Assembly: GCA_963746465.1 (NCBI GenBank)
Contig: CAVVAY010000004.1
Location: forward strand, 43,382-107,381
DNA from: an uncultured Actinomycetota bacterium
Lineage (GTDB): Bacteria > Actinomycetota > Actinomycetes > JACCUZ01
Length of the DNA stretch: 64,000 bases
Direction: 5' to 3'
A program made the translations under genes and the position numbers. Of this stretch, positions 49,747 to 58,691 are shown piece after piece. Position 1 is the stretch's first letter. Each line of letters begins with the position of its first letter. Below the pieces are notes generated by a model, which searched no databases, was not told the origin of the DNA, and saw nothing but the letters and a program-made list of their open reading frames with translations.

Positions 49747-50894
49747 CCGGCTCCGAGCAGGCCCGGGACGTGTTCCTGGTCGCCAACAACCTCGAGGAGC
49801 TGGGCGGGGTCCAGCGAGTGACCCACAACCTCGCCCTGATGCTTCACGACCGGGGGCACCGGGTGACCGTCATCGGGATCCAGCACCACCCCGAGCCCCA
49901 CGACTACGGCGAGCGGCCCTATCGCTGGCTGGTGCTCAACGAGCAGGCGGAACCGCCCGAGCCGAAGGAGGACGGCCTCCTGGCCCGGTTCGACCCGCGG
50001 GTCGCCGCCGCCCGGAAGGCGCACCTCAGGGCGCGGAAGTCGGCCGTCGACCGGCTCTCGGCGCTGTTCGCGGAGGCCGACGAGGGCGTCGTCGTCTGCA
50101 TGCAGATCTGGTCGATGAACTGGGTGGCACCGGCGGCGACCGACCATCTGCACGTGATCGGGATGAGTCACGAGTCGTTCGACGCCACTCTCGGGTCGAC
50201 CCGGTGGGAGCGGGTGAAGAGGTTCTACCGCGACGTCGACCTGCTGCTGCTGCTCACCGAGCACGACGCCGCGCGCTTCGAGCTCGAAGGCTTCAACAAC
50301 GTCGGGGTCATGCACAACTCGCTGTCCTTCTACCCGAAGGTCGCCAGTGACGTCACCGCGCACGTCGTCGTCGCGGCCGGCCGGCTCGCGCCGGAGAAGG
50401 GCTACGACCGGCTGATCAGCGCCTTCGCCGTCGTCGCCGGCGAGCACCCCGACTGGGTCCTGAAGATCTTCGGTCGCGGCCCGTTGCTGCCCCGCCTGCG
50501 CAAGCAGGTCGACGCGCTCGGGCTGACCGACCGGGTGCTGCTGCCCGGGCTGGCCGACGACATCGAGGCCGAGCTGGTGCAGGCCTCGGTGTTCGCGCTG
50601 TCGTCCATCCACGAGGGCCTGCCGATGGCCCTGGCCGAGGGGATGGCCTGCGGCCTGGCCTGCGTGGCGTTCGACTGCGCCCCCGGCGTACGCGAGATCG
50701 TCACCGACGGCGTCGACGGCCTCGTCGTGCCGCCCCGGAACGTCGAGGCGCTGGCCGCCGGCCTGTCCCGGCTGATGGGCGACGACAAGCTCCGCCGCGC
50801 CTACGGCCAGGCTGCGCGCGAGAGCGTCCGCCGGTTCGCCCCCGACGCGGTGGTCGCGCAGTGGGAGGCCGTCTTCGCCCTCGTGGACCGTTGA
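49743..50894 (+). CDS. GT4 (GT-B fold) glycosyltransferase
   Basis: 383 aa with the C-terminal motif SSIHEGLPMALAEGMACGL. The GTG start overlaps the upstream stop. Confidence 0.85.
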   Translation: MTGSEQARDVFLVANNLEELGGVQRVTHNLALMLHDRGHRVTVIGIQHHPEPHDYGERPYRWLVLNEQAEPPEPKEDGLLARFDPRVAAARKAHLRARKSAVDRLSALFAEADEGVVVCMQIWSMNWVAPAATDHLHVIGMSHESFDATLGSTRWERVKRFYRDVDLLLLLTEHDAARFELEGFNNVGVMHNSLSFYPKVASDVTAHVVVAAGRLAPEKGYDRLISAFAVVAGEHPDWVLKIFGRGPLLPRLRKQVDALGLTDRVLLPGLADDIEAELVQASVFALSSIHEGLPMALAEGMACGLACVAFDCAPGVREIVTDGVDGLVVPPRNVEALAAGLSRLMGDDKLRRAYGQAARESVRRFAPDAVVAQWEAVFALVDR

Positions 50895-51003
50895 CCGTCG
50901 GCAGACCTGCTCTTTGCCCGGTTCGGGCTAGCTTGCCCTCGTCCGTTCCGCCATCAAGAGCGTGGACCGAGGCGCCGATAACTCTGGAGTGACCCGCGTA
51001 GCC

Positions 51004-52262
51004 ATGACCCGACCCAGCCTGTGGGCCCTCGCGCTTGCGCTGCCCTTCCTGCTCCTGGTGCCGCCGCCGACCGCGAATGCCGGCACCTACGAGAAGGTGA
51101 AGGTCGTCCGCGTCCTGGACGGCGATACGATCGACGTCGACCGCAACCACGACGGCCGGATCGACGCCCGCATCCGGCTGATCGGGATCGACGCCCCCGA
51201 GCACGGGCTGTGCGGCTTCGCCGCCTCGACCAACGCGCTGAAGAGCCTGGTCCGGCACAAGACCGTCGAGCTCCGCTCCGACAGGGGCCGCACCGGCATC
51301 ATGAACCGCCCCGAGCGGCGCGTGATCGTGCCGGTCGCCGGCGGCCAGAAGGTCGACGCCTCCACCTGGATGCTCGAGCGCGGCTGGGGAGTCTGGATGC
51401 CGCGCGACGGTGAGATCACCCAGAGCCTGCAGCAGCACCAGGCGGCCGACCGTGCGGCGGCTGCCGGTCTGGGCTGGTTCAACAGCTCCCGGTGCGGCAT
51501 CGGGCCGTTCTCGGAGGAGTCCCTGACCATGCAGGTCGAGTACGTCTCCGACGCCGCGGACTGGATGGGCGCGACGGCGCTGCGCAACCAGGAGTTCATC
51601 CGGATCCGGAACGACGGCCCGTCCCCGGTGAGCATCGACGGCTGGACGCTGCGGGTCGGCAACGACCGCAGCCGCCGGGTGCCGTCCGGCGGAGCCATCC
51701 CGCCCGGCCAGGCGGTCGACATCCATGTCGGCTTCGGCACCAACTCCGCGACCGACCGCTTCCTCGGCAGCAGCGTGCCGATGCTGGTCAACGCCTCGGT
51801 CGACGGCGGCAAGCACCTGGGCAGCGGCAGCTACCTGATCGACCCGAACAACGACATCCGTGCGCACATGACCTGGCCGTGCACCTACTCGTGCGGGGAC
51901 CCCACGGGTGGCGCGATCGTGTTCTCGCACGTGGAGGTCGACCCGCCCGGCAACGAGGGATACGCCCTCAACACCGAGTACGTCGAGATCAGCAACCGGG
52001 GCAACGTGCCGGTGCAGACGGGCAGCCTGGTGCTCGAGGAGTTCCCCTACATCTACGAGCTCCCCCTGACCACTGGCTGCAGCCCGGCGAGACGATGCGG
52101 GTGTCCAGCGGCTCCGGCGACGACGACCGGCTGAGCCGGCACCTCAAGGCCAAGGTCCCGCCGATGCACAACGACACCGGCCGCGTGCTGCTGCGCACCT
52201 ACGACGCGATCGTCGTCGACTGCGTCGCATGGGGCAGCGCGAAGTGCCCGCCCGGCTCCTGA
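51004..52262 (+). pseudogene. secreted thermonuclease (SNase-like) with two lamin-tail domains; frame break in a C5 run at 52062-52066
   Basis: Signal peptide MTRPSLWALALALPFLLLVPPPTANA. SNase motifs are VLDGDTIDV and RLIGIDAPE. LTD-like motifs are EFIRIRNDG and EYVEISNRG. After ..YIYELP the reading continues in the 51492 frame (PDHWLQPGETMRVSSG...KCPPGS, stop at 52262). Confidence 0.75.
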
Positions 52263-52377
52263 CCGCCTAGCCTGCGCCGCGCTCCTGACCTGGAACCCGG
52301 TCCCGCTAGGATGACCCTCGGTGCGCCGGGAAGACTGGTCGGCAGTCGGTTTACGCTGCCTACTGTAGGAGATCTCG

Positions 52378-52854
52378 ATGCGCGCCCGCGACCTCGCCGA
52401 GGACTTCCCCACCGTTCCGCTCACTGGCGACGCCATGCACGCTGCTCAGGCGATGGCCCAGGCTCACCAGCCCGGCCTGATCGTCGTCGACGATCGAGGC
52501 CGGCCCCATGCTGTGCTCGGCGGGTCCCAGGTCTTGCGGTTCGTGATCCCGAACTATGTCCAGGAGGACCCGCACCTCGCCCGGGCGCTGGGTGCGGAGG
52601 CAGCCGACGAGCTGTGCCGCCGCCTGGAAGGCACCACCGTCAAGGCGGTGCTGCCCGACCGCCAGGACCTTGACGAGCTCCCGGTCGTCGACGGGGATGC
52701 GACCGCGCTCGAGATGGCGGCCGTGATGGCCAGGATGCACAGCCCACTGGTCGCCGTCGTCGAGGGCGAGCGAGTGATCGGCGCAGTCACGGTCTCGCGA
52801 CTCCTCGACTACCTGCTGCCTGTCTCGCCGGCAAAGCCCATGCAGACATCGTGA
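52378..52854 (+). CDS. CBS domain pair protein
   Basis: 158 aa with two CBS-like repeats (..LIVVDDRGRPHAVLG.., ..PLVAVVEGERVIGAVT..). SD aggag lies upstream. Confidence 0.75.
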   Translation: MRARDLAEDFPTVPLTGDAMHAAQAMAQAHQPGLIVVDDRGRPHAVLGGSQVLRFVIPNYVQEDPHLARALGAEAADELCRRLEGTTVKAVLPDRQDLDELPVVDGDATALEMAAVMARMHSPLVAVVEGERVIGAVTVSRLLDYLLPVSPAKPMQTS

Positions 52855-54143
52855 CCATTGTCCTGGTGGTGGCGGTGTTCGCCGCCGCCTACATCCTCAT
52901 CGCTACCGAGCGGATCCACCGGGTTGCGGCCGCGCTGCTCGGCGCCGCAGGAATGGTGCTGCTCGGTCAGGTCGACGCGCACACCGCGTTCTTCTCCGAG
53001 GAAACCGGGGTGGACTGGAACGTCATCTTCCTGCTGCTCGGCATGATGGTGATCGTCAGCGTCGTCAAGCAGACCGGGGCGTTCGACTTCCTCGCCATCT
53101 GGGCCGCGAAACGTACCCGCGGCCGTCCGTTCCCCACGCTGGTGCTCCTGGTCGTCATCACCGCGTTCGCGTCTGCGCTGCTGGACAACGTGACCACCGT
53201 GCTGCTCATCGCGCCGGTCACCCTGCTCGTCGCCGATCGCCTCCGCGTCAGCCCGGTCCCCTTCCTCATCGCCGAGGCGTTGGCGTCCAACATCGGCGGG
53301 ACCGCGACCCTGATCGGCGACCCGCCGAACATCATCATCGCCAGCCGGGCAGACCTCACCTTCAACGACTTCCTGTTCAACCTCGCCCCCATCGTGCTGG
53401 TACTCCTTGGCGTGTTCGTCCTGCTCTGCCGCCTCATGTTCGCGAAGTCTTTGCACTACGACCCGGACCAGGTCGATGCCCTGATGGCTCTCGACGAGCG
53501 CGACGTCATCCGAGACCGCCGGCTGCTCACGAAGTGCGTCATCGTGCTGATCGCCGTCATGGCAGGGTTCATCGCCCACTCCTGGATCGATCTCGAACCA
53601 TCCCTGGTCGCCCTGCTCGGCGCCGGCGCTCTGGTCGCCCTCTCGAAGCTCGAGCCGACTCAGTACCTCGAGGAGGTGGAGTGGCCCACCCTGGTGTTCT
53701 TCATGGCGCTGTTCGTCATGGTCGGTGCACTGGTCGAGGTCGGTCTGATCGAGGACCTCGGCAACGCTGTCACCGACGCCGTGGGCGACCGCTATCTGCT
53801 GGCGTCGAGCGTGATGCTTTGGGGCTCCGCCCTGTTGTCCGGCCTCGTGGACAACATCCCGTACGTCGCCACGATGGCGCCACTGGTCCAGTCGCTCGTG
53901 GAAGCGGGTGACGGATCGGGGCAGGCGAAGGCGCTGTGGTGGGCACTCGCACTCGGCGCCGACCTGGGAGGAAACGCGACCGCCGTCGGCGCCAGCGCGA
54001 ATGTCGTGATCATCGGCATCGCTGCCCGCAACGGGCACCCGATCTCGTTCTGGCACTTCACCAAGTACGGCGCTCTGACCACACTGGTCACCATCACCGT
54101 CGCCTGGCTCTACCTGTGCTTGCGGTACTACACCTTCTCCTGA
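52851..54143 (+). CDS. ArsB/NhaD-type (ion transporter superfamily) permease
   Basis: 430 aa with 10 or more hydrophobic segments and the motifs ..LDNVTTVLLIAPV.. and ..GGTATLIGDPPNIII.. The GTG start overlaps the CBS gene stop (GTGA). Confidence 0.8.
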   Translation: MTIVLVVAVFAAAYILIATERIHRVAAALLGAAGMVLLGQVDAHTAFFSEETGVDWNVIFLLLGMMVIVSVVKQTGAFDFLAIWAAKRTRGRPFPTLVLLVVITAFASALLDNVTTVLLIAPVTLLVADRLRVSPVPFLIAEALASNIGGTATLIGDPPNIIIASRADLTFNDFLFNLAPIVLVLLGVFVLLCRLMFAKSLHYDPDQVDALMALDERDVIRDRRLLTKCVIVLIAVMAGFIAHSWIDLEPSLVALLGAGALVALSKLEPTQYLEEVEWPTLVFFMALFVMVGALVEVGLIEDLGNAVTDAVGDRYLLASSVMLWGSALLSGLVDNIPYVATMAPLVQSLVEAGDGSGQAKALWWALALGADLGGNATAVGASANVVIIGIAARNGHPISFWHFTKYGALTTLVTITVAWLYLCLRYYTFS

Positions 54144-54389
54144 ACCGCCCTTGGCCGGCCGCTGTCGGGTGCCACGGTCAAGACTGGGATCGGAAGGGAT
54201 GCCTCGTGCGGCCGACAAGGTCATGGCGCAGCGGCTGGGCACCCGTTGTACTACTACGCCCACGAGGGTCCGGGCGAGGTTCTCTGTCACAACGTCGCGG
54301 AGTTCGGTGGGCGTTGGCTGGTGGTGACCCCGGCGGGGACACCCGCGCCGGCGTGACGTCGTAGATGTACCGACCGAGGATTGCCTGGC

Positions 54390-55490
54390 TCAGCGGCGGT
54401 TGAGGCGGGAGCGCACCTTGCGGGCCACCGGACGGAGCTTCGCCTTCACCTTCGCGGCCGGCGTCTTGGGTGGCGGCGGGGCCTTCGTGGCCTTCTTCTT
54501 CGCGGCCTTGCGGCCGGGCCCCTGGATGATGCCGACCGCCTCGGGGGTCAGCATCCGGTTGCCCGCCCACGGCGTGATCTCGCGATCGAACTCCGCGGCC
54601 AGCTGGGGGAACTGCACCTTGCGCACCGCCAGCTCGGTGCCGGTGAGCGTCTTGCGCCCCGGCGTACCCGGGACGTCCATCGGCGCGAGCGCCTCGGGGT
54701 CCTCGATGTCGTAGCCGTAGAACGGGGCGAGCTCTCCGGCCTTGTTGGTGAGGGTGGCGAGCTGCTCGGTGGTCTTGCCCTCCACCCAGGCTGTGATCCG
54801 GTCGGTGGCGATCGGCTTGTCCGACCGGGTGGCACCCTCGACCTTCTTGGCCGTGCCGCGCTCCGCGTGCACCTTGTCGTGCTCGAGCAGGCGGTCGGAC
54901 CACGGCTCGTCGAGCCAGCTGAAGACCTCGCGCAACGTCGTCTCGGGAGAGGTGACCAGGTCCTCGTAGCGGACCATCAGCAGACGGTCGCCGAGCTCGA
55001 TGCCCCGCTGGACCTGCTCGGTGGTGGTGTTGACCCAGTGGTTGACGGCACCGTCCCAGTTCAGCCGGAACCGCTCGGACACCGAGGTCGCCACCGCACC
55101 CGGCTGGCGGACCATCGCGATGAACACGGCGTCGGGGAAGACCCGCGCGAGCTCGCGCAGGTGCCAGGCGTGCCACGGCGTCTTGTCGCCCCAGCGCTTC
55201 TTGCCCTGCTCAGCCGCGAACCGCTCGAACATCCCGCCGTAGAACTCGCGCATCCGGTCGTCGAGCTCGTCGTCGGACCAGCCGAGCCGGCCGTACCAGT
55301 CGCCGCCGTGCCGATGGAAGGGGATCCACTTGTGCGCCAGGTAGGCGCGCATGATGGAGGTCTCCTGCGCGATAGCGATGTTGTCGTGGCTGTCGACGAT
55401 CAGGCGCATCAGCGTGGTCCCTGAACCCATCGGTCCCACGATGAAGATCGGCCGTCCGTCGCTTCCGACATCAGTACGGTCGTCGGGCAC
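54390..55490 (-). CDS. sulfotransferase family protein with Lys/Ala/Pro-rich basic C-terminal tail
   Basis: 366 aa. The PAPS 5'-phosphosulfate loop reads IFIVGPMGSGTTLM. The tail reads GRKAAKKKATKAPPPPKTPAAKVKAKLRPVARKVRSRLNRR. Confidence 0.8.
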   Translation of the reverse strand: MPDDRTDVGSDGRPIFIVGPMGSGTTLMRLIVDSHDNIAIAQETSIMRAYLAHKWIPFHRHGGDWYGRLGWSDDELDDRMREFYGGMFERFAAEQGKKRWGDKTPWHAWHLRELARVFPDAVFIAMVRQPGAVATSVSERFRLNWDGAVNHWVNTTTEQVQRGIELGDRLLMVRYEDLVTSPETTLREVFSWLDEPWSDRLLEHDKVHAERGTAKKVEGATRSDKPIATDRITAWVEGKTTEQLATLTNKAGELAPFYGYDIEDPEALAPMDVPGTPGRKTLTGTELAVRKVQFPQLAAEFDREITPWAGNRMLTPEAVGIIQGPGRKAAKKKATKAPPPPKTPAAKVKAKLRPVARKVRSRLNRR

Positions 55491-55602
55491 GCGGACTCCT
55501 CGAGGAACGGCATTCTGGGGCTGGGACGAAGCGGCCCCACGATACGCGGGCGCCCGGGGTGCTCGACAACCGCGTCACACGGCGTCGGGTAGCGTCAGTC
55601 CG

Positions 55603-57561
55603 GTGCTGCTGAGCGTCGTCCTGGTCGTCCGGAGGCACCAGGCATGGGTCCGGCCGTGCCTGCGCTCGATCCTCGACGAGGCGCCGGACGACCTCGATCT
55701 GGTCGTGGTCGACGACGCCTCTACTGACCACACGGCGCGCATCGTCGCCGAGGTGTCCGACGCCGACCAGCGGATCCGCGTGCACCGCTCGGAGGCGCCG
55801 GTCGGGACCGCAGCAGCCGTCGAGACCGGTCGCGCGCTGGCCCGTGGCGATCACGTCTGGTTCTTCGACGCGGCCGACCTGGTGCTGCCCGGCGGGCTCG
55901 CGGCGGTGACCGCCGGCCTGGCCTCGGCGCCCGACGTGCTGCTGGTGGCCGAGACCGAACGCGACCTCTACGGCAAGGACCGCCGGCCCGACGTCGGCCC
56001 CCGCGACCGACCGCTCATGCGGAACCGGGTCGTCCGCCGGGAACAGCTGCCGGCCCTGTCGCCGGGGGCGCACCTCGACGAGGTCGGCCTCGCGTCCGCA
56101 GTCCTCGCCGCGGCCGCCACCGTGGAGCAGGTCGACAGCCCGGTGTACGCGCACCGTCTTCTTCCCGACCGCGTCGTACAGCAGTGGACTGAAGGCGACC
56201 CCTGGTACGCCACCGCCCCGCCCGCACGCCCGCCGGTCGCGCGGGGGAAGGGCAAGGCAGGCTTGCGCCAGGTGTACGCCGGGCTCACGAGGGCGCGGCG
56301 GCCCGCGATGGCCACCCTCCGAGGAGTTGCGCGTCGCGTCCCTCGAAGCCGCACCGACCTGCGCAAGGCAGTACGCGAGGCTCGCTACGCGGCGCAGCGG
56401 CGCAAGCCCCTCGATCCCCAGCTCGCGGTCTTCGCCGCCTACTGGGGCGCGGCCTACTCGTGCAACCCGCGCGCGATCTACGAGAAGGCCGCCGAGCTGG
56501 CGCCCTGGCTGCGCGGCGTGTGGGTGGTGAAGGCCGGCTCGGAGCACGTCGTCCCGGCCGGCGTCGAGCACGTCGTGGAAGGCAGCCGCGAGTACTACCG
56601 CCTGATGGCTCGGGCGACGTACTTCGTGAACAACGTCAACTTCCCCAACGACATCGTGAAGCGGCGCGGCCAGGTGCACCTGCAGACTCACCACGGCACT
56701 CCGCTCAAGACGATGGGCCTGGACCTGGTGAACGCACGGCACAGCAGCCTCGGACTGAACTTCAAGCGGTTGATGAAGCGCGTGGAGCGGTGGGACTACA
56801 GCATCTCGGCGAACGAGTTCACCACCGAGATCTGGGAGCGGGTCTACCCGAGCGGCACCTACGAGAGCCTGGAGACCGGCTACCCCCGCAACGACGTCCT
56901 CGCGACCGCAACCGCCGCCCACCGCGACCGGGTGCGGGCCGAGCTGGGTCTCACGCCCGGGCAGAAAGCCTTGCTCTACACGCCCACGCACCGTGAGTAC
57001 AGCGCGGAGTACGTGGCGATGCTCGACCTCGACGCGCTCGTCCACGAGCTCGGCCCGGACGTCGTCGTCCTCATGCGGGCGCACTACTTCTACCGGGGAG
57101 CCGACACGGCGGGGTCGAGCGAGCGGATCATCGACGTCGCCGGGAACCCGTCGATCGAGGACCTCGCGATCGCCTCCGACCTGCTGATCACCGACTACTC
57201 GTCACTGATGTTCGACTACGCCGTGCTCGACCGGCCGATCGTCATCTACGCCCCGGACTGGGAGACCTACCGCACCGAGCGCGGCACCTACTTCGACCTG
57301 ATGGCGGAGCCGCCCGGCGCCGTCGCGACGACGCAGGCCGAGCTGACCGACGTCCTGCGCTCCGGGCAGGCCGAGGACGCCGTCAGTGCCGCGCTCCGGA
57401 GCGAGTTCCGGGCCCGATACTGTTCGCTCGAGGACGGCAGAGCGGCCGAGCGTGTCGTGCGCAGGCTCTGGCCCGGCTCGCCGGGTCTCGCGCCGCCGCA
57501 GCACCAAGAGCGGCACACCCGAACGACGACCACGGCGTCTGCCGTCAAGGAGGAAGCATGA
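55603..57561 (+). CDS. GT2-like domain fused to CDP-glycerol glycerophosphotransferase (TagF-like)
   Basis: GTG 55603 (VLLSVVLVVRRH..VVVDDASTDHT). TagF motifs are LQTHHGTPLKTMG and LITDYSSLMFDY. Confidence 0.85.
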   Translation: MLLSVVLVVRRHQAWVRPCLRSILDEAPDDLDLVVVDDASTDHTARIVAEVSDADQRIRVHRSEAPVGTAAAVETGRALARGDHVWFFDAADLVLPGGLAAVTAGLASAPDVLLVAETERDLYGKDRRPDVGPRDRPLMRNRVVRREQLPALSPGAHLDEVGLASAVLAAAATVEQVDSPVYAHRLLPDRVVQQWTEGDPWYATAPPARPPVARGKGKAGLRQVYAGLTRARRPAMATLRGVARRVPRSRTDLRKAVREARYAAQRRKPLDPQLAVFAAYWGAAYSCNPRAIYEKAAELAPWLRGVWVVKAGSEHVVPAGVEHVVEGSREYYRLMARATYFVNNVNFPNDIVKRRGQVHLQTHHGTPLKTMGLDLVNARHSSLGLNFKRLMKRVERWDYSISANEFTTEIWERVYPSGTYESLETGYPRNDVLATATAAHRDRVRAELGLTPGQKALLYTPTHREYSAEYVAMLDLDALVHELGPDVVVLMRAHYFYRGADTAGSSERIIDVAGNPSIEDLAIASDLLITDYSSLMFDYAVLDRPIVIYAPDWETYRTERGTYFDLMAEPPGAVATTQAELTDVLRSGQAEDAVSAALRSEFRARYCSLEDGRAAERVVRRLWPGSPGLAPPQHQERHTRTTTTASAVKEEA

Positions 57562-58691
57562 GCAGCGACGGGTCGACGGCCGCGGCGGGCGCAGGTGCGC
57601 CGACCCGCCGGCTCGTCCTCGTGGCAGGGGTCGGCCGCAGCGGTACCAGCCTGTTCACCTCCATCCTCGGCCAGGCCGGGTTCCACGTCCCGCAGCCCGA
57701 GGTCGACGCCGACTCGACGAACCCCAAGGGCTTCGGCGAGCCGAAGTGGGCTGTCGACTTCCACGGCCGTCAGCTGCGCTCCCGCCGGGTGTCGGTGTGG
57801 GACTCCCGTCCGTCGGCCTGGGAGGACACCTCGCGTGCCGTCGAGGACCCGGCGGCGCTGGCCGAGCTGCGCGGCTGGCTGAAGGTGCAGTTCGTCGGCC
57901 GGGACGCCGTCGTGGTCAAGGACCCGCGGATCGGCTGGTTCCTGCCGCTGTGGGAGAAGGCCGCCGAGGACCTCGGCGTCGAGGTGTCGTTTGCCACCCT
58001 GCTGCGCCACCCGGCCGAGGCCGTCAGCAGCGCCATCAAGTGGTACGGCGACTGGCAGACGCCGGCCAGTCGCACCGTCTCCTGGCTGAACATCATGCTG
58101 GAGACCGAGCTCGCGACTCGCGGCCGGAAGCGCGTCTTCGTCCGATACGACGACCTGCTCACCGACTGGTCCGGTCAGGTCGCTCGCACCGGGCAGGCCC
58201 TCTCGGTGCCGGCCCTGCAGAACCTCGATCCTGACGTCCGGGCCTCCATCGACGCCTTCGTCGACCCCACGCTGCACCGGCAGAAGGTGAGCTTCGCCGA
58301 CCTCGGCGTGCCGGCCGATGTCGAGGCGATGACCGAGCGGGTGTGGACCGAGTTCCTCGACCTGGCGGTGCCGGGCGGTGACGGCCCGGAGGCTCAGGCC
58401 CGGCTGGACGAGTCGCGGGACGGCTACCGGGCCTACTACGCGGACATCGAGGCCATCGCTCAGTCGTCGCTGCACGCGCTGCGACCGACCGGCGGCGGGG
58501 CGGGCGGCAGCGGCGGCGGAGGCAAGGGCGGCGGCTCGTCGTCCGGTGGCGGTCGTGGTGGTGGCGCCGACGCCCTGATCCGGGTGGCCGAGCGGGCGGT
58601 GCCCCGCAGCCTGCTGCGCAAGGTCCCGCCGGTCTGGCGGGCCCGGATGGTGCGGACCGCGAACCGGGCCTCGCGGCTGGTGCGCCGCTAG
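57558..58691 (+). CDS. sulfotransferase family protein with Gly-rich linker and basic C-terminal helix
   Basis: 377 aa. SD aaggagg lies upstream and ATG overlaps the upstream stop (ATGA). The PAPS loop reads LVLVAGVGRSGTSLF. The tail reads ..GGGKGGGSSSGGGRGGG..RMVRTANRASRLVRR. Confidence 0.8.
   Translation: MSSDGSTAAAGAGAPTRRLVLVAGVGRSGTSLFTSILGQAGFHVPQPEVDADSTNPKGFGEPKWAVDFHGRQLRSRRVSVWDSRPSAWEDTSRAVEDPAALAELRGWLKVQFVGRDAVVVKDPRIGWFLPLWEKAAEDLGVEVSFATLLRHPAEAVSSAIKWYGDWQTPASRTVSWLNIMLETELATRGRKRVFVRYDDLLTDWSGQVARTGQALSVPALQNLDPDVRASIDAFVDPTLHRQKVSFADLGVPADVEAMTERVWTEFLDLAVPGGDGPEAQARLDESRDGYRAYYADIEAIAQSSLHALRPTGGGAGGSGGGGKGGGSSSGGGRGGGADALIRVAERAVPRSLLRKVPPVWRARMVRTANRASRLVRR

Noticed and set aside
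58688-58691. Convergent genes sharing the palindrome CTAG as both stop codons. Similarly, TGAcgctgccgcggcgTCA (34030-34048) forms a small hairpin from the two convergent stops.
   Set aside because: This is a real sequence feature, but it is expected by chance in tightly packed convergent genes. There is no evidence of function beyond possible termination.
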